DNA from: an uncultured Clostridia bacterium
GTDB lineage: Bacteria; Bacillota; Clostridia; TANB77; CAG-508
Direction of reading: 5' to 3'
Assembly: GCA_944393565.1 (NCBI GenBank)
Contig: CALYAM010000004.1
Coordinates: 12,207 to 76,206 of the forward strand
DNA length: 64,000 nt
The translations under genes and the position numbers were made by a program. Positions 50,801 through 64,000 of this stretch are shown here, piece by piece. The first letter of the stretch is position 1, and each line of letters begins with the position of its first letter. The notes below the pieces were generated by a model that was not told the DNA's origin, did not search any database, and saw nothing but the letters and a program-made list of their open reading frames with translations.

Positions 50801-53800
50801 TTTTTCTCCCCTTACATAAAATTGTTATTTTTAGTATCTGTATAATTAGAAAAATTATGCAAAAAGAAGGTGAAATAAATTTTTTCACCTTCTTTTATAT
50901 TTAATAATTATAAGATGGCAATCTATTATTAGCCATATTGCATTTCTAAATGACTAAATAAAATCATCATAACTTATCTCTCAAATTTTGGTGTTAAATT
51001 CTGTCTTTTGCTGTTTTGACTTCTAGCTCTATTATTTCTATTCTATAAAATATTTTTTAGAACAATTGTTTTAATTCTAGACATTTCTTGCAGTGTTGTA
51101 AGCACCCCTTCATTTCCTATTCCTGAATTCTTCCATCCGCCAAAAGGCATTTCGAAAGCACGGTAAAAACTTGAGCCATTTACAACTGCACCACCACATT
51201 CTAATCTTGCTGCAATTTGCATACCTTTTTTATAATCTTTTGTAATAACACAACCACATAGTCCAAATGAAGATTGATTTGCTATTTCAATTGCATCTTC
51301 AACATTGTCAAATCCTATTACTGGAATGACTGGTCCAAATACTTCCATGTCTTTTGCTATATCCATCTCTTTAGTTACATTATCTAATATTGTTGGCTCA
51401 TAATAGGCATCTTCTCTTTTTCCTCCGCATATTATTGTTGCACCTGCTGCTACTGTTTGATTTACTTGCTCTTCAATGCGCTTAGCAGCATTTAAGTTTA
51501 TCATAGGTCCCATATCTGTTTCCATTTTACTTGGATCACCAATTTTTAGTTTGCTAATTACTTCTTTCATTCGGTCAATAAATTCTTGTTTTCTTGAATT
51601 GTGTATTAAAAAACGTTTACTTGCGCAACATACTTGACCACCATTGTATAGTCTACCCCATATTGTTTCTTTTACAGCTAAATCCATATCTCCATCTTCT
51701 AAAAATAAAAATGCATCATTTCCTCCTAATTCAAGCATAATATGTGCTAAATGCTTTGATGCAGTTCCCATAGTTTGAATTCCTGCTGCTGTACTTCCTG
51801 TAAGTGAAACCAAATGGACATCTGGATGTGCTGCTAAAGCTTGTCCTACAATTGGTCCATCTCCTGTTAATACTTGGATACAACCTGCTGGTACTCCAGC
51901 TTCTAGCATCAATTTTACATATTCTATTAGAGTTAATGGGTTATAATTTGATGGCTTAACAATAATACTGTTTCCCATCATTAAAGCTGGTGGTACTTTT
52001 TGGCAAAACAAATCACTTGGAAAATTAAATGGAATAATTGCTGCTACAACGCCAATTGGCTCTCTTGTAACAATTTGGATTGTGCTCTCTTGTCCCGCTT
52101 CTGTTCCAGCTGGGATGTATTCGCCATATAAATGTTTTGCCCTTTCAACAAATGCTCTTACTCCTATTTTGACATTCGCAATCTCTGCTATTGCTTCTTT
52201 AATTGGTTTTCCAGTCTCATCAGATAATAATTTTGCAAGTGATTCTTTATCTCTTTCTACCAAATCTACGAATCTATATAGTATATCTGCTCTTTCATGA
52301 ATTGGTCTTTTACTCCATTTTTTTTGTTCAATCTTAGCTACTTTTACTGCCTCATCAACATCTTCTGGAGTTACATTAGGCACTGTTGCAATTATTTCTT
52401 GTTTTGCAGGATTTACTACCTCAATTTTTGCCCCATTAGAAGCTTCCTTCCACTCATAACCTATTAAATTTTTCATGCTAATTAGTTCTCTCCTCTCTTT
52501 TTCATTTTCGCGAGCCACTCTTTGCTCGCTTGGTATTCATTTACCAAATGCTGTAAAAGATAACATTAGCCCTCCACATGTATTAGCTCCTTGGTTTTCA
52601 CTTCCATATTCTCCAAATGTAAATATTGTAATAAAAGGTACCCCTTTTGCTTCTTTTTTTAGCTGTTTTGTTACTTCTTCAATTCTGTCTCCTATTCCTA
52701 ATTTTCTTCCACCACAGTGTACTAAAAGATATGCTCCAGCTTCTCCTTCAAGACGATTGTTAACTTCTTTTAGAGTTTTACCTGTTGAATTAATTAGTTC
52801 ATCAACTGTTGTTTCCATTTGGATTACAGCTGTATTTTCTGCAAGGTTATTTCCAATATTCATAGAATAATCATCATTTCCTGACATTGGATGGCGTATT
52901 GCAATTAAATCTCCCAATGGGTCTTTAACTCCTAGAGGTGCTAAAATCGTTTGAACTAAAAGATTTCCGTCCTTCCATATCCTTTAATTTCTTTCCTGTC
53001 CATTCTGAATATTTTTTCATTGCTGGCATATTATCTATTTCTACTAACGTTCTTTTTCCCTTTATACTTGTAATAATTCCAGAGTTAGTCGTTTCATGAT
53101 ATGCTCCTGTATATACATTTGCCATTTTCTTTCCTGTATAGAAGAAAGCAACTGCAACACCATCCGAAAAGATTTCATCATTCGTAAATATTTTCCACTC
53201 TCCACTTACTGTATTATCTGCTGCACTTCCTCCAAAAAAAGGTACTCTACCCACAACATCTTCAATTCCCTTTAGGTACTCTTCTTCTTCACCTGGAGAT
53301 GCCACCATATAAAAATATGAAGGTACATTCTTAGTTCCAGCCTTCTCCATAGCTTTTAATGCAACATCTCTACCTGTTTGTCTTGCAGTTTTTCCTTTTT
53401 TAGAACCTGCCACTCCAACAGTAAGTTCTGGATCTCCTAATGCTAAAATTCCAGCAAAACCATTTTCTGAAGAAATATAGCCATCTGGTACTATAATTCC
53501 TCCACTTGAGGTGCACCCTACAATTGGTGCTGTACCTAATTCAGATTTTGCCCCTTCTAGAACATTTTCAATATTGTTTTCTACTGATGTATATAAAAAT
53601 GCAACTTTTGTTTGGACCAAGTCCACAACCGCTTTCTGAGCAGCGGTTTTTCCTGACATATAGCTATCTGCTTCTGTGCTCCAACCTACATTTGATTTTA
53701 ACATGTATTTCTCCTCCTTTGTACTTTATTTTATTCAAATTATATCAATATAAAAAAAGTATTGCAATCATTTTTTCATTTTTTTAATTTTGAGCAAAAT

Positions 53801-56800
53801 TTACATCACTGTTTTTACAGTAAAAGCACTATTTTTTTCTACACTTATTATAATTTCTCCCATTAAATCTGTCCTATAAATTTTACAATTGAATTTTTTA
53901 AGTCTGTTAATTATGCTTGGGCTTGGATGCTCAAATGTATTCTTTTCTCCCACACCAATTAATGCTATTTTAGGTTTTACTTTTTCTAATAGTTCTTCAC
54001 ATGTAGATGTGTTAGAGCCATGATGTCCTACTTTTAATATGTCTGAAATTATGCTTTTGTTCTTATATAGTTTTAGCAATCTTTTTTCTTGGCTTTCTTC
54101 TGCATCACCTGTAAAAAGCATTGAAAAGTTATTATACGTAATCCTTGATATTATGGATGAATTGTTTAGGTTTTCATCGTCTTCCCCTACAAATAAAATT
54201 TCTAATTTAGTATTTTTATCAATTTTTATAATTTGTCCAGTTTCTACATAATATATATTTATGTTTTCCTTTATGGCTGTTTTTAAAAAATCATTTCCCT
54301 CTTTTGTATCTAAACCTTGTTTTGATATTAATATGTTTTTTACATTTATATTTTCTAATATTGCCAAAAAACCATTACTATGATCTGCATGAAAATGTGA
54401 TACCAAAATATAGTCTAATTTACTTATTCCTTTTGATAGGAGATATGGAATTAGAACTTTTTCTCCTATATCATAGTCTGTATTGTTTTTGCTTCCCCCA
54501 CTATCTATCATTATTGTTTTTCCTGTTTTTGTTTTAATAAATGTTGCATCCCCTTGTCCTACATCTATAAAACAAATCTCAAAATTTGAAAAGAGCTTCA
54601 TTATTGTATGTGTAGCAGTGAATATTATAATTATGAAAATAAACCATTTTTTAAGTATTTTATTTATTATAAATTTTTCTTTTAATTTTCTTAAATAGTT
54701 TTTTTGGGTGATACATATAAAATAAATTATAAATACTGTTATATAATACAATACTAAAAAGTATAAACACGGTCTAGTGATATAAAAATTTGAGAATGGA
54801 AACATAGCTGAAATTTCAGCTACCATTTGAAATGTGGTTAAAAAAATTTCTAGAATTTTAGATAATATAATACATATAGGAGGAAATAAAAAACTTAGTA
54901 TAATAAATATAGTTCCTAAATATAATATAATTTCAAATATTGGTGTTGCAAGTAAATTAGATATAAAAAAGCAAGGATAAATTTTTTGAAATAAATATGC
55001 TATTATGGGTGCTAATATAATTTGTGCAGAAAAAGAAACTATTACATTTTTAGTAAAATATGTATACAGTTTTCCACAATTTTTTAGATTTACTGCTTCA
55101 ATCGGTTTTGCAAATAGCAATATTCCTATTGTTCCTCCATATGAAAGTAGTAGTCCTGTATCAAATAATAAAAATGGATTGTAAATTAGCAATAAAATAG
55201 CTGATAATGAAATAGAATTTATAACATCATTTTGCTTAAATAATAACTTCCCTATAATCATAAAGCCAGACATAATACTTGCTCTTGCAACAGACCCAGA
55301 AAATCCTGTAATTGCATTAAATAGAATTAATATTACAAAAGAAATAATATATTTTTTCTTTCTTCCTATATTATTTAATAATTTTTGAACACCTAACATT
55401 AAAAAAGATATATGCGAGCCAGAGACACAAAGTATATGAATTAAACTGCTATTTTGAAAATTTTCAATATTTTCTTTGCTAAGTTCATCCTTACTACCTA
55501 TTAATATGGCTGATAATAAATTTGCATTTTCCGGCGATAAAAATGTTTTTAATTTCTTTTCAATACTTAGTCTTATTGAATTTCCAAAACTCCAAAAATT
55601 GTGTTCTTCCCCAATTTTCATTGTATATGTTGCATATATTTTCCCATATATTCCCTTCGTCTGATAATAAAGTTTTTGATTAAATCCGTTTGTGTTTCTA
55701 TTTTTTGTTGGTTTTTCTATTTCACCTTTAAAGACTATTTTATCTCCATATTTATATAAACTATTATCAGCTTCTTTATTTATATAAATTTTAAAGGCTA
55801 AATTTTTTAGATTTTTTATTTCATCTACTTTTATTGTATATTCTATGTTATACTCATTTTCCTTTGGGTTACTTTGAATTATACCTATTGTTTCAAATAC
55901 TTTTTCTTCTCTTATCAAAGCATATTTTTTATCGCAAAATTTCAAATATGTATATGTGCAAATTATAGAAAGAATTAAAATAATGCAGCTTGAAAAACTA
56001 ATATATAATTTTATATAGCGAAAATACTTTTTTGGCAGACATACTAAAATCATAATAATAATAATTAAAAAAAGAGGAATTACTTTTACGTAAATCCCCC
56101 CTAAAATTCCTATTATAAATCCAATTGCAATAGTAACAATCGGTCTTTTTTTCAATGTTATCTCCTATATCCCCCAGTCTAATCTAATTAGTTAACAATC
56201 TTCTTCCAGATACATATCGTTCGTAATAGTAGCCACTATTTAGAGTATCAATTACAACTCCTCTTTTTGCATTTGCCGCATGAATAAATTCTCCATCTCC
56301 TACATATATCCCGCAATGGCCTATGCTTAAATTGTCCCAATCTCTAAATATAACCAAATCTCCTAGCTGTAAATTCTGTTTAGTTATATATATACCATTA
56401 TTAGACTGTGTAACGGCTGAATGCGATAAATTTATTCCAAATTGCTTATAAACATATTGTGTAAATCCTGAGCAATCAAAACTTGTTGGCCCTGCACCTC
56501 CATATACATAAGCATAGCCAAGGTATTGCATTGCATAATCTACGATTTCTTTTCCTGATGTATTGCTCTCATTTTCAGCGCTTGTGTTTATTTCTTCAGT
56601 AGCTACATTTTCTGAGTTTTTTTGTTGCTCTTTTTCTATTATTTCTTCTTGCATAGTATTTTCCATACTGTCTTCTCTTCTCATACTTCTACTTGTTTGA
56701 GTAACACTATCTGAAACTAATCTTTTTGCAATATATGCTTCTTGCCCATTAAAATTAATTTTGTACCAGTCCCCTTCTTCAGAAATTATCTCAAGTTGGG

Positions 56801-59800
56801 TATTAAGTGGTCTTTCAGTAATTATTTCTGCAGAAGTACTAGCTCCTTTTCTAATAATAGCTGCTTCAACATTTATGTAGCCTATTTGCGTTTGTGGTTG
56901 TTCTTGAGTTTCTGTAATTGGCTTTTCTTCTACTACATTTGTTAACATATCACTTGGTAGCCAAACTTTTTTATTTTGATAATTAATACATGACCATAAA
57001 TTTTTTATTTCTACTACTGTTACTTTATCTCCTGCTTTTATTTCGCCAACACTACTAGCACATATACTTGGTATTAGCCTAATATGTGTATTTGATAATA
57101 TTTGTTTTTCACTTTCCTGATTGTTATTTAATTCGGTTTCCTCTTCTATTGTTTCGTTTTGATTTTCTTCATTTATTTCATTTTCTGTCAGTCTTTCTGT
57201 ATTTTCTACTTGTAGCAAATCTTCACGAATATAGCCCGTATATTCTCCATATTTTACTTGGTACCATTGTCCACTTTTTTCTAATATTTCTACTGTTTCC
57301 CCATTATAGGCTATTGTTAAAACCTCTGATTCTGTGTTTGGTTCCCTTCTAATTCTTGCTCCTTCTGTACTAATACTTCCTGTATAGGCATAAGAATTTA
57401 TAGAATATACAATCAATATCATAAGTGCAATAAAAAATATTTTTTTTACTTTTTTCATTTTTTTCTCCCATTTTTTTATTGCTACTAGTATATACTTTAT
57501 CATTTTTTTTGTCAATTCTATTTTAAGCCTATAATTTTTAGCTAAGCAATTTTTCTATACACATTGCTTTTCCAAATCTGCCTATTAACCTGGTCGCTAC
57601 TGTTTTGCTTTTTGTTTGTAATGTCTCTGCTAATATTTCATTAAGTTGTTTTATTGTTTCATCTTTTTCTTGTATATTTTTCAAAATCACCTCTATTGCT
57701 TCATTTATTTCTTGTGCACTTATATATACACAGCTTTTAATACTAGGGGCTGTTATAACAGCTTCGCTTAAAATCTCTGTCGCTTCTTCTAAATTCAAAA
57801 TACATTTTTCCTCCTTTGTTTTAATTTATCACCTTTATTTATCTTCAAACAAAAAGCGAAATAGATTTTAATTCTATCATATTAGTTAAAATATTTCAAG
57901 CAATACACATTAATTTACAGTTAAATTTAATAATATAATTCTAAAACCATTCTTTATTTATTTTTTATATATTTGACTTCTATTTTTGATGGCTCAACAT
58001 TAGTATTTACTTTAATGTTAGTAACATTTTCAAAAGTCTTTATTTTAGGTAAAAATATGTATTCATTTGAGCTTGATTCTAGAGTATAGTAAAATTTTAC
58101 CGGATTTCCTTCAGCTTGTTTTCCTTTTATAAAGCTATTTAGCTCACTTACCGATGAAAAATACTTCTCCATATTAGTTCTTCCAATAAATATAAAATCA
58201 TAATTTTTATTTGCAGCTAAAACACCTCTTGGAAAGTAATTTGATAACACTCCTGCTTCCTTTATATTACTAGATGTATAAAATGGCATATTTATGTAAT
58301 CCCCAGCTTCAAAAAAAAGTAATTCATCTGTATCTATTATTGTTATACCTGTATTTCTTGTTATAGCACCATTTGAATATTTTATATAGTCTTTATCTTC
58401 GTTTATATTTCTTAAAGAGCCTTTTGTATTTAAATTTATTACAGTTTTCTCTTCTTTATATTCTTCATATTCTGTTGCATTTTCTCCTATTTCCAATTGT
58501 GGGCATGCAAATATGACATTTGCAATGCTTGTTGTATAATTAGAATTTTCAAAATAGTTTGATTCTATTCTGAATGATGTTACATTTAGGATCTCTTCTG
58601 TTACTTCAAATGTATAGCTCAATTGTTTCCAGTTGTTTTCTACTCCTTTTTTTATTTCTCCCACTGCTTCATTATAATACACACTGCCACCTGAACCATA
58701 ATATACAGAATATGTTGAGTCATTAATTGGTATACCATCTAATTTTGCCCAAATACTATATGTTACTATATCACCTGCTTTTATTCCCACTCTTTTTGCT
58801 ATTTTAGAAAAATTTATTCTATAACCATGCCATGCATTATTTGTTTTTAATGTATAACATTCATTATATAATTCATCTGTTTGTATTTGTCCATAAATAC
58901 TAAATACCTCATCATTTTTATCTAGCGTATTTGTGCCTTTTAACAAATTTTTCCCATAAGATATTATTTCAATTGTTCCATTTTCTCCAACACTTTCTAT
59001 CACTGCTTCTTCACTCGGACTTGGAATTCCATTTTGTATTGTTTCTCCATAGATTGTGTAGTCTTCAATGTAGCCATCTATTGTGCCTTCTAATGTTATG
59101 CGTCCTGTCTCTGATTCTTTTGTGGCAAGAGCTACATCTTCTTTGTTATACATTGTACTTGCAAACCATTCATATTCTTGGCTATCATTTCCTATATATT
59201 TTAATTCTCCATTTACTATTGCATAATTTTGTAGCATGGCTTCTGGGCATCCAGTTAATATATCTTTTATTGTTTTATTTTCTTGTTCTTCACCATTATA
59301 TATCAAAGTTTGTGCATTTGCATTTAGCTTGTTTTTCTCAAAAACACCTAATTCTTCTAGTTGCTTTTGTGCGATATATAATGTTAGTTCTTCCTGCATT
59401 GTACTTACTAAATGCTTGTATGTTGCTTCTTCTGCTTTTTCTGTCAGTCCGTCTGCATTTATTGCTACATTTATTCCAGCTCCAGCTAAAATTAACAACA
59501 CTATTATGGTTATTACCAAACTTACTAGTGTTATTCCTTTTTGTAAAATTTTGCTTTTCATACTTTTTTCATTTTCTTTGCTTTTGTTTCTCCTTTTCAC
59601 TTTTATCTTCCTTTCTTTTTGTTTAATTTATCATAATTATTTTTATAATTTAATTATCACACAAAAATTACCGATTTAGCACTTTGCGCAATAACAAAGT
59701 GCTAAATCGGTAACTTTTTATTCTATCTTTTATTTTCTCTTTCTTCTTTTCCTTATCTGTTAAATTTAATTGTGTGTGTGTGTGTGTGTGTACAGCCATG

Positions 59801-62800
59801 CGGGTTTCCTCCTCTTTGCCTTTTGGCTTTCATCTTTTTGTTTCTTTAATTTTACAGCACTACTTATTCTTATGTCAAGTCTAATTTTAGATTTTTATAT
59901 AGTCCAAATAAAAGAATTCATAAAGTTAATTATTAATAAACTAAAGAAAGTATAGCTGTTTTAAATAAAAAAAAATACATAAAAGACAATCCCATTCTTT
60001 ATCAGTCTTTTATGTATTTTTTATTTAATTTATATTTTATAAATTAACTCTAAGCTAATTCTATAACAGCTCCTGCTTCTGTGAATTTTGCTTTTAGTTC
60101 TTCTGCTTCTTCTTTAGAAGCTTTTTCTTTAACTGTTTTTGGTGCCCCATCTACTAAGTCTTTTGCTTCTTTTAGTCCTAAGCCAGTAGCATCTCTTACT
60201 ACTTTAATAACAGCAATTTTGTTTGCTCCTGCTTCTTTTAGTATAACATCAAATTCTGTTTTTTCTTCAGCAGCTCCTGCTACTGCTGCTCCTCCTGCTG
60301 GTGCTGCTACTGCAGCTGCAGATACTCCATATTTTTCCTCAATTCCTTTTACTAATTCAGATAGTTCAATAACTGTTAAACTATCAATTTCTTCTAATAA
60401 TTTTGCTATATCAGCCATTTTAATTTCCTCCTAAAATTTCTTTTTAGTGATTATAAGTTCACTACTCTTATTTTTAATATTAATTTCCTGCTTTTTGCTT
60501 CTGCACCTGATCAAGCGCAATAGCAAGTTTTGTAACAGTTCCAAGCAAGCTTCCTGCCAATTTTGCAAGTAAAACTTCTCTTGATGGTAATTTAGCAAGT
60601 GTAATTAGTTCCTCTTTAGAAACTACTTTACCATCAATTGCTCCACCTTTAATTTTATAAAATTCATTGTCTTTTGAATATTCATATATTATTTTTAGTG
60701 GTTCTAGGTAATCTTCTTTGCCAAGTATAACTGCAACTGGGCCTTCTAATTCGTTTTCTAATCCTTCTATTTTGCAATTTTCTAAAGCTCTTCTTGTAAT
60801 ATTATTTTTTATAACTTTGTATTCAGAATTAGCATTTCTTAGCTTATTTCTCAATGTTGTTACATCTGCAACATTAATTCCTCTATATTCTGTTAATAGT
60901 ATTAATTTTGCATTTTTCATGTTTTCTGCCAAATCCGATACTTGTGCTTGCTTTTGTTTTAAAATAGTCTCGCTAGCCAATTTATTCACCTCCATAAATT
61001 TATATATCATTAATAATATTATATTTTAATATAATAAAAACAATCTCTTTATGCCAAAATCTCAAGGCAATAAGAAAGATTGTTTCCTTTTTGCCTCGGT
61101 AGGACTTGTTTTTGCCTACTGTCTTTGGCTATTTAAATTATTTTTGGTTTAAATATATTCCTGGTCCCATTGTTGTAGATATTGATACACTTTTAATGTA
61201 TTGACCTTTGGCAGCAGCTGGTTTTGCTTTTATAATTGCTTCTATAATTGTCTCATAGTTTTCAAGTAATTTATCTACGCCAAATGATAGTTTTCCAAAA
61301 CCTAAATGTATAATATTTGTTTTGTCTAAACGATATTCTACCTTACCAGATTTAATGTCTTTTACTGCTTTTGTTACATCCATTGTAACCGTTCCTGACT
61401 TAGGATTAGGCATTAATCCTTTTGGTCCTAATACTTTTCCAAGTCTTCCTATAACTCCCATCATATCTGGTGTTGCAACAATAACATCATAGTCAAACCA
61501 GTTCTCTTTTTCTATTTTTGGTACTAGTTCTTCTGCTCCAACGAAGTCTGCGCCTGCTGCTTCTGCTTCCTTTGCTTTGTCTCCTTTTGCAAATACTAAT
61601 ACTTTAAGTGTTTTTCCTGTTCCATTTGGTAAAACCACAGTTCCCCTTACTTGTTGATCTGCTTGCTTTGAATCTACACCTAGTTTAACGTGCAGTTCCA
61701 CGGTTTCATCAAATTTCGCCTTAGGTAATTTAGCTATTACCTCTAAAGCTTCTTTTGGCTCATAGCTTTTTTTTCTGTCAATTATCTTTTCTGCTTCTTG
61801 ATATTTCTTTCCTCTTTTCATTTCTTCCTCCTTTGGTTCAAACGAGTTTTAACTCTCCCATTTTATTAAATTTTATTCAACTATTACACCCATGCTACGA
61901 GCTGTACCTTTTACCATGCTCATAGCTGCTTCTAGTGATGCAGCATTTAGGTCTTCCATTTTTTGCTTAGCTATTTCTTCCACTTGTTGCATTGAAATTT
62001 TAGCAATTTTTTCTTTGTTAGGTTTTCCTGAACCTTTTTCTATTTTTATTGCTTTTTTTATTAGAACAGCTACAGGTGGAACTTTTGTAATAAATTCAAA
62101 TGATTTGTCTTTATATACCGTAATTACAACTGGTATTATCATTCCTGGTTGATTTGCAGTTCTATCATTAAATTCTTTTACAAATTGCATTATATTAACA
62201 CCACTTGATCCTAATGCTGGACCAACTGGTGGAGCTGGTGTAGCCTTTCCTGCTTCGATTTGTAATTTAATTACATTTGTAATTTCTTTTTGTGCCATTT
62301 TTAGCACCTCCTTCTTGCTTCTATATCTTTATATAATTATATTTTAACCTACTTTTTGAACCTGTGAAAATTCTAATTCAACCGGTGTTTCTCTACCAAA
62401 CATTGAAACTAATACCTTCACTTTATGCTTTTCTTTGTTGATTTCTTGAACATTGCCTATAAAATTTTCGAATGGTCCTGTCATAACTCTAACACTGTCT
62501 CCTACTTCATAGTCAATATTAACTGGAATTTCTTCAAACCCCATATTACGTATTTCCTCCTGTGTAAGAGCAATCGGCTCTGTACCTGAACCTACAAATC
62601 CAGTAACACCTCTTGTATTTCTAACAATGTACCAAGATTCTTCTGTTACAATCATTTTTATTAATACATAACCTGGAAAGACCTTTTTTAAGTTTGTTTT
62701 TCTTTTTCCATCTTTTATTTCTATTTGCTCTTCCATTGGTACAACTATGTCGAAAAAATAGTCTTCGAGTTCTCTATTTTTTATAGTCTTTTCTAGATCA

Positions 62801-64000
62801 GTTTTTACTTTGTTTTCATAACCAGAATATGTATGTACTACATACCAATTTGGTTCTTTGCTGTAATTTTCTCCGAGACATTATTTAGCCTCCTTTTATT
62901 TATTCTTGCACTACTTCATTATCATTTACAGAGTTCGTATCAGTGGTTTCTATCGCATTTGTTTCATTTGTTACAAGATTACTATCTGTTATATTAGTTT
63001 CTGTTCCTTCTATTACTGTATTATCTTTTACAACTAATTTTCTAATATTATCAATACCATGTTTATTCACTGTTTCAAATATAAGATCCAATGCGAATAC
63101 AATAACAGCGGTAATTAACACAATTGTAATAACTGCAATAGTATTATTGGCAACCTGCTTCGGTGTTGGCCAGATTACTTTTTTGAGTTCTGCTTTAAAG
63201 TCTTTAAAAAAGTGTTTCTTTTCTTTATTCTCTTTTGGTGACTTTTTTTCTACTTCCTTTGCCATTTTAATACCTCCACATTATTTAGTTTCTTTATGTG
63301 TTGTACGTTTTTTACAGAATTTACAATATTTTATAATTTCCAATCTATCTGCATTATTTCTCTTGTTTTTTTCTGTCATATAATTTCTTCTCTTACATTC
63401 TGTACATTCTAATGTTATTTTTTCTCTTGGTCCTTTTGCAGCCATTTAACTACACCTCCGTTATTATTTATTAAACGATGTGAGCATGTATTATGTTTCA
63501 ATAATACATGCTCTAATACTTTATCATATTTTCTTAGATATGTCAATCTTTTTCGAATATTTTAAAGTTTTTTTGTGGTTTACCTTTAATATATTATATA
63601 TTATCGTTCTTCATGAGAATCTGTCATGCTTTCTAGACCATCTGCTGTTTGTCTATATCTTCTACCTTTTATATATACTATGGTCCCTATTGGATGTACT
63701 TGTTCAAAACCAGGCACATTAACTGGTTTTTTTAATACATTGTTTTGATTGTTTGCATTATTTGTCGTACTTTGAATATTTTGGTCTAATATTGGAATTC
63801 CCATAGGTCTTCTATTATTATTGGCTTCTATATTAGGTACATTATCTCTATTAATACTGGTGCTTGTTTTTTTATTTCTCTCTTTTGGTCTTCCTTTAAG
63901 AAAATTGCTTAATTTCTCTAAAAATGTTTCATTTTCTTCCCTGTGTCTTTCTATTTTACCAATTTTACTAGTTTCTATATCGGACTGTAATTTGATTTTA

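Overview
About 27% GC, densely coded window, roughly 90% on the minus strand. It looks like chromosome from a spore-forming low-GC Firmicute (class Clostridia). Recognisable content: rpmG-secE-nusG-rplK-rplA-rplJ-rplL, rpsF-ssb-rpsR, spo0A, a spoIVFA/spoIVFB-like pair, yyaC, mfd, comEC, a clpE-like ATPase, pgsA, rnhB, pdp, deoD, pflA, a metal ABC importer, an ECF sigma factor with a beta-propeller partner, a two-component system, and a thioester adhesin with a sortase. I saw no rRNA, tRNA, CRISPR array, transposase or prophage. The main observation is that twelve otherwise well-conserved genes are each broken at exactly one point. Eleven are on the minus strand and one on the plus strand, and they include nusG, mfd, pdp, htrA and the spoIVFB-like gene. 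Each break is an in-frame sense-strand CGG followed by A, T or C. Skipping the C restores a GGN glycine codon and a continuous reading frame that matches the family motif. In a by-eye census of every CGG/CCG trinucleotide I found no in-frame CGG codon in any intact gene. This fits either widespread +1 recoding at an unassigned or 'hungry' CGG (or quadruplet CGGN decoding), or a very unusual sense-strand-specific sequence artefact. Secondary observations: (1) three dispersed large proteins with prepilin-like N-termini lacking Glu+5, two of them with His/Cys-rich tails, one being a 9-unit H-x3-C-x1-2-C-x7-H array; (2) a (GT)10 tract inside a strongly SD-led small ORF that reads through a 19-bp perfect hairpin upstream of one of these genes; (3) an LPKTG adhesin ending one residue after the motif, next to a sortase with no usable start codon; (4) a 54-bp x7 coding tandem repeat; (5) a GC-rich tandemly duplicated structured intergenic element.
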